Below are positions 5,356 to 6,373 of a stretch of DNA of 6,373 nt, piece after piece (position 1 is the stretch's first letter; the number at the start of each line of letters is the position of its first letter). Under the pieces are notes generated by a model. That model was not told the origin of the DNA. It saw nothing but the letters and a program-made list of their open reading frames with translations, and ran no database searches. The position numbers and the translations under genes are program-made. Source of the stretch: a virus (lineage: Duplodnaviria; Heunggongvirae; Uroviricota; Caudoviricetes); the IMG/VR virus record IMGVR_UViG_2619619132_000003, positions 1 to 6,373 of that record; one strand, 5' to 3'.

Positions 5356-6231
5356 TTAGTAGGTTATTTTTGTTGCGAATACTTCGCCTTTTACGATGGC
5401 TGTTATGATATTTTTAGCAACATCTTCTGATGCACCAACCTTGATAAGGTCAGCAAGTATTTTGTTATTTACTTCTTTCCGGTGAGCTTTATCCTTTGCT
5501 CTACGCTCTTCTTCGTCCTTGATTCTTTTTTCTTCTGCTATTCTGGCTTGCTCTTTTGCTTCAGCTTCGCGCCGGATTCGTTCAGCCTCCTCCTGTGCTT
5601 TTCGGCGTTCTGCTTCAATTGCCGCCTGCTTTTCTCTTTCAGCTCGTTCTGCTGCCTCTTTTGCTTCGCGCTGTGCTCGTTGCTCGGCTTCAATGCGTTC
5701 ACGCTCTGCACGTTCCGCTGCGGCCTTAGCTTCTGCTTCTCGCCTTGCTGCTGCTTCAATTTCGGCTTTTGCCTTTGCTTCGGCTTCTGCTCTGGCTTTC
5801 TCTTCAGCTTCTCTTTTTAAGCGTTCTTCATGCTCTCGCTTTTCCTGCTCCGCTTTGAGTCTTGCCTCTTCTCTTTTGCGGTCAAATTCGCGATCCATCA
5901 AAATCGCTATTTCATGGTCAGACTCAATTTGCTTTGCGAGAGCTTCAGCTGCTGCCTTAGCTTCTTCTTCGGCTTTAATCCGTGCCTGTTCCTCCTCATA
6001 ATCAGTAAGAGGCTGGCGTGCCTTGGCTTTCAGTTCATCAAGGCGATCGCGCACTGTCTTGCGGTTGGCATCAATTAGCTTTGGAATTTCCTTCAGTTCA
6101 GCAACAAGGTCTTTGCCAAGACCATCGAGATATGTTTTCGTCTGCGCAACTTTATACGCCAGAGAAGCGATCTGAACCGCCCCGGGTTTCCTGGAGAGTG
6201 TTTTATCTGTGAACTCAGGCTGCCAGATCAT
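5356..6231 (-). CDS. E/A/K/R-rich coiled-coil protein, apparently interrupted at its 5' end by the IS; native portion 5356..6172
   Basis: The track ORF 5356..6357 starts with GTG inside the transposase coding region, in another frame. Sequence right of 6172 is IS-derived. The first in-frame ATGs (6249, 6231) lie inside the IS and have weak or no Shine-Dalgarno. The native part has no start codon of its own, so this is most likely the 3' fragment of a disrupted gene, possibly expressed as a fusion. About 170 aa are low-complexity, e.g. EAEAKAKAEIEAAARREAEAKAAAERAERERIEAEQRAQREAKEAAERAEREKQAAIEAERRKAQEEAERIRREAEAKEQARIAEEKRIKDEEERRAKDKA. Confidence 0.45.
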   Translation of the reverse strand: MIWQPEFTDKTLSRKPGAVQIASLAYKVAQTKTYLDGLGKDLVAELKEIPKLIDANRKTVRDRLDELKAKARQPLTDYEEEQARIKAEEEAKAAAEALAKQIESDHEIAILMDREFDRKREEARLKAEQEKREHEERLKREAEEKARAEAEAKAKAEIEAAARREAEAKAAAERAERERIEAEQRAQREAKEAAERAEREKQAAIEAERRKAQEEAERIRREAEAKEQARIAEEKRIKDEEERRAKDKAHRKEVNNKILADLIKVGASEDVAKNIITAIVKGEVFATKITY

Positions 6232-6373
6232 CGTTTCCGATGGAAGCATAATAAGCTTTTTCTGCTTCTGCCGGAGGAGTATGGCCCAGCCTTTCCAGCA
6301 ATCGTCGATTGTTATACCAGTCCACCCACGTGAGTGTGGCCAGTTCCACTTCTGCACGGTTTTTCCAGCTCTT
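6173..6373 (-). mobile_element. IS3-family insertion sequence (IS629/IS1203-like), terminal ~200 bp; continues beyond the window
   Basis: The plus strand from 6173 reads TGAACCGCCCCGGGTTTCCTGGAGAGTG, a TG-initiated terminal inverted repeat that I recognise as IS629-group. It sits 42 bp beyond the stop of a transposase-like reading frame on the minus strand. Confidence 0.7.
6215..6373 (-). CDS. IS3-family transposase OrfB, 3' end (partial; 5' end outside window)
   Basis: Hand-translated minus-strand frame open to the window edge: KSWKNRAEVELATLTWVDWYNNRRLLERLGHTPPAEAEKAYYASIGNDDLAA, stop at 6217-6215. WYNNRRL...PPAE...YY is the characteristic C-terminus of the IS3-family integrase-core (rve) domain. 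It is absent from the ORF track because no start lies in the window. Confidence 0.75.
   Translation of the reverse strand, partial: KSWKNRAEVELATLTWVDWYNNRRLLERLGHTPPAEAEKAYYASIGNDDLAA

Noticed and set aside
5538-5759. Minus-strand 73-aa ORF (Lys/Gln-rich) inside the coiled-coil gene
   Set aside because: An alternate frame of the same repetitive region, fully nested within the longer in-frame gene.
5500-5900. Short direct repeats that might suggest a CRISPR array or tandem repeat locus
   Set aside because: The repeats are irregular and codon-scale, with no fixed repeat-spacer periodicity, and lie inside a continuous reading frame. They are coding low-complexity, not CRISPR.
5482-6078. Plus-strand ORFs 5482..5820, 5519..6001 and 5830..6078 with Ser/Ala/Phe/Cys/Leu-rich translations
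   Set aside because: They are antisense shadows of the low-complexity E/A/K/R coding repeat on the minus strand. They have no Shine-Dalgarno or start context and run against an otherwise entirely minus-strand operon.
6018-6212. Plus-strand ORF 6018..6212 abutting the IS end
   Set aside because: Antisense to the coiled-coil gene fragment and lacking a Shine-Dalgarno. An outward-reading transcript from the IS would run in the opposite direction relative to this ORF.
6232-6357. N-terminal 42 codons of track ORF 5356..6357 (GTG start at 6357)
   Set aside because: This stretch lies inside the IS element and overlaps the transposase coding frame out of phase. It is IS-derived sequence read in a non-native frame, not part of the original gene.
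1-6373. Integrase, excisionase, attachment site or tRNA gene that would mark a prophage end
   Set aside because: No tRNA-like cloverleaf, no recognisable integrase or Xis motifs and no att-like repeat within the window. The operon appears to end at the terminator near position 21, with any integration module further left.

Overview
The window looks like the early-left (PL-type) operon of an enterobacterial lambdoid/P22-like prophage, encoded entirely on the minus strand and read from high to low coordinates. From the right edge: the terminal ~200 bp of an IS3-family (IS629/IS1203-like) insertion sequence carrying the 3' end of its transposase; the 3' portion of an E/A/K/R-rich coiled-coil gene that the IS appears to interrupt; cIII and kil homologues (both too short for the supplied ORF track); a small ORF in the position P22 arf occupies; an Erf-family single-strand annealing protein translationally coupled to a short SSB; six tightly packed accessory genes (one Ea22-like, five of unknown function); a 411-aa DUF551-type protein with internal in-frame repeats; a Cys-motif small protein; and a probable intrinsic terminator at the left edge. 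I found no tRNA, rRNA or CRISPR array. All plus-strand ORFs in the track look like antisense shadows. Start codons were re-derived by hand because the track translates GTG/TTG starts as M. Family assignments rest on remembered motifs, not on searches, and none could be verified here.
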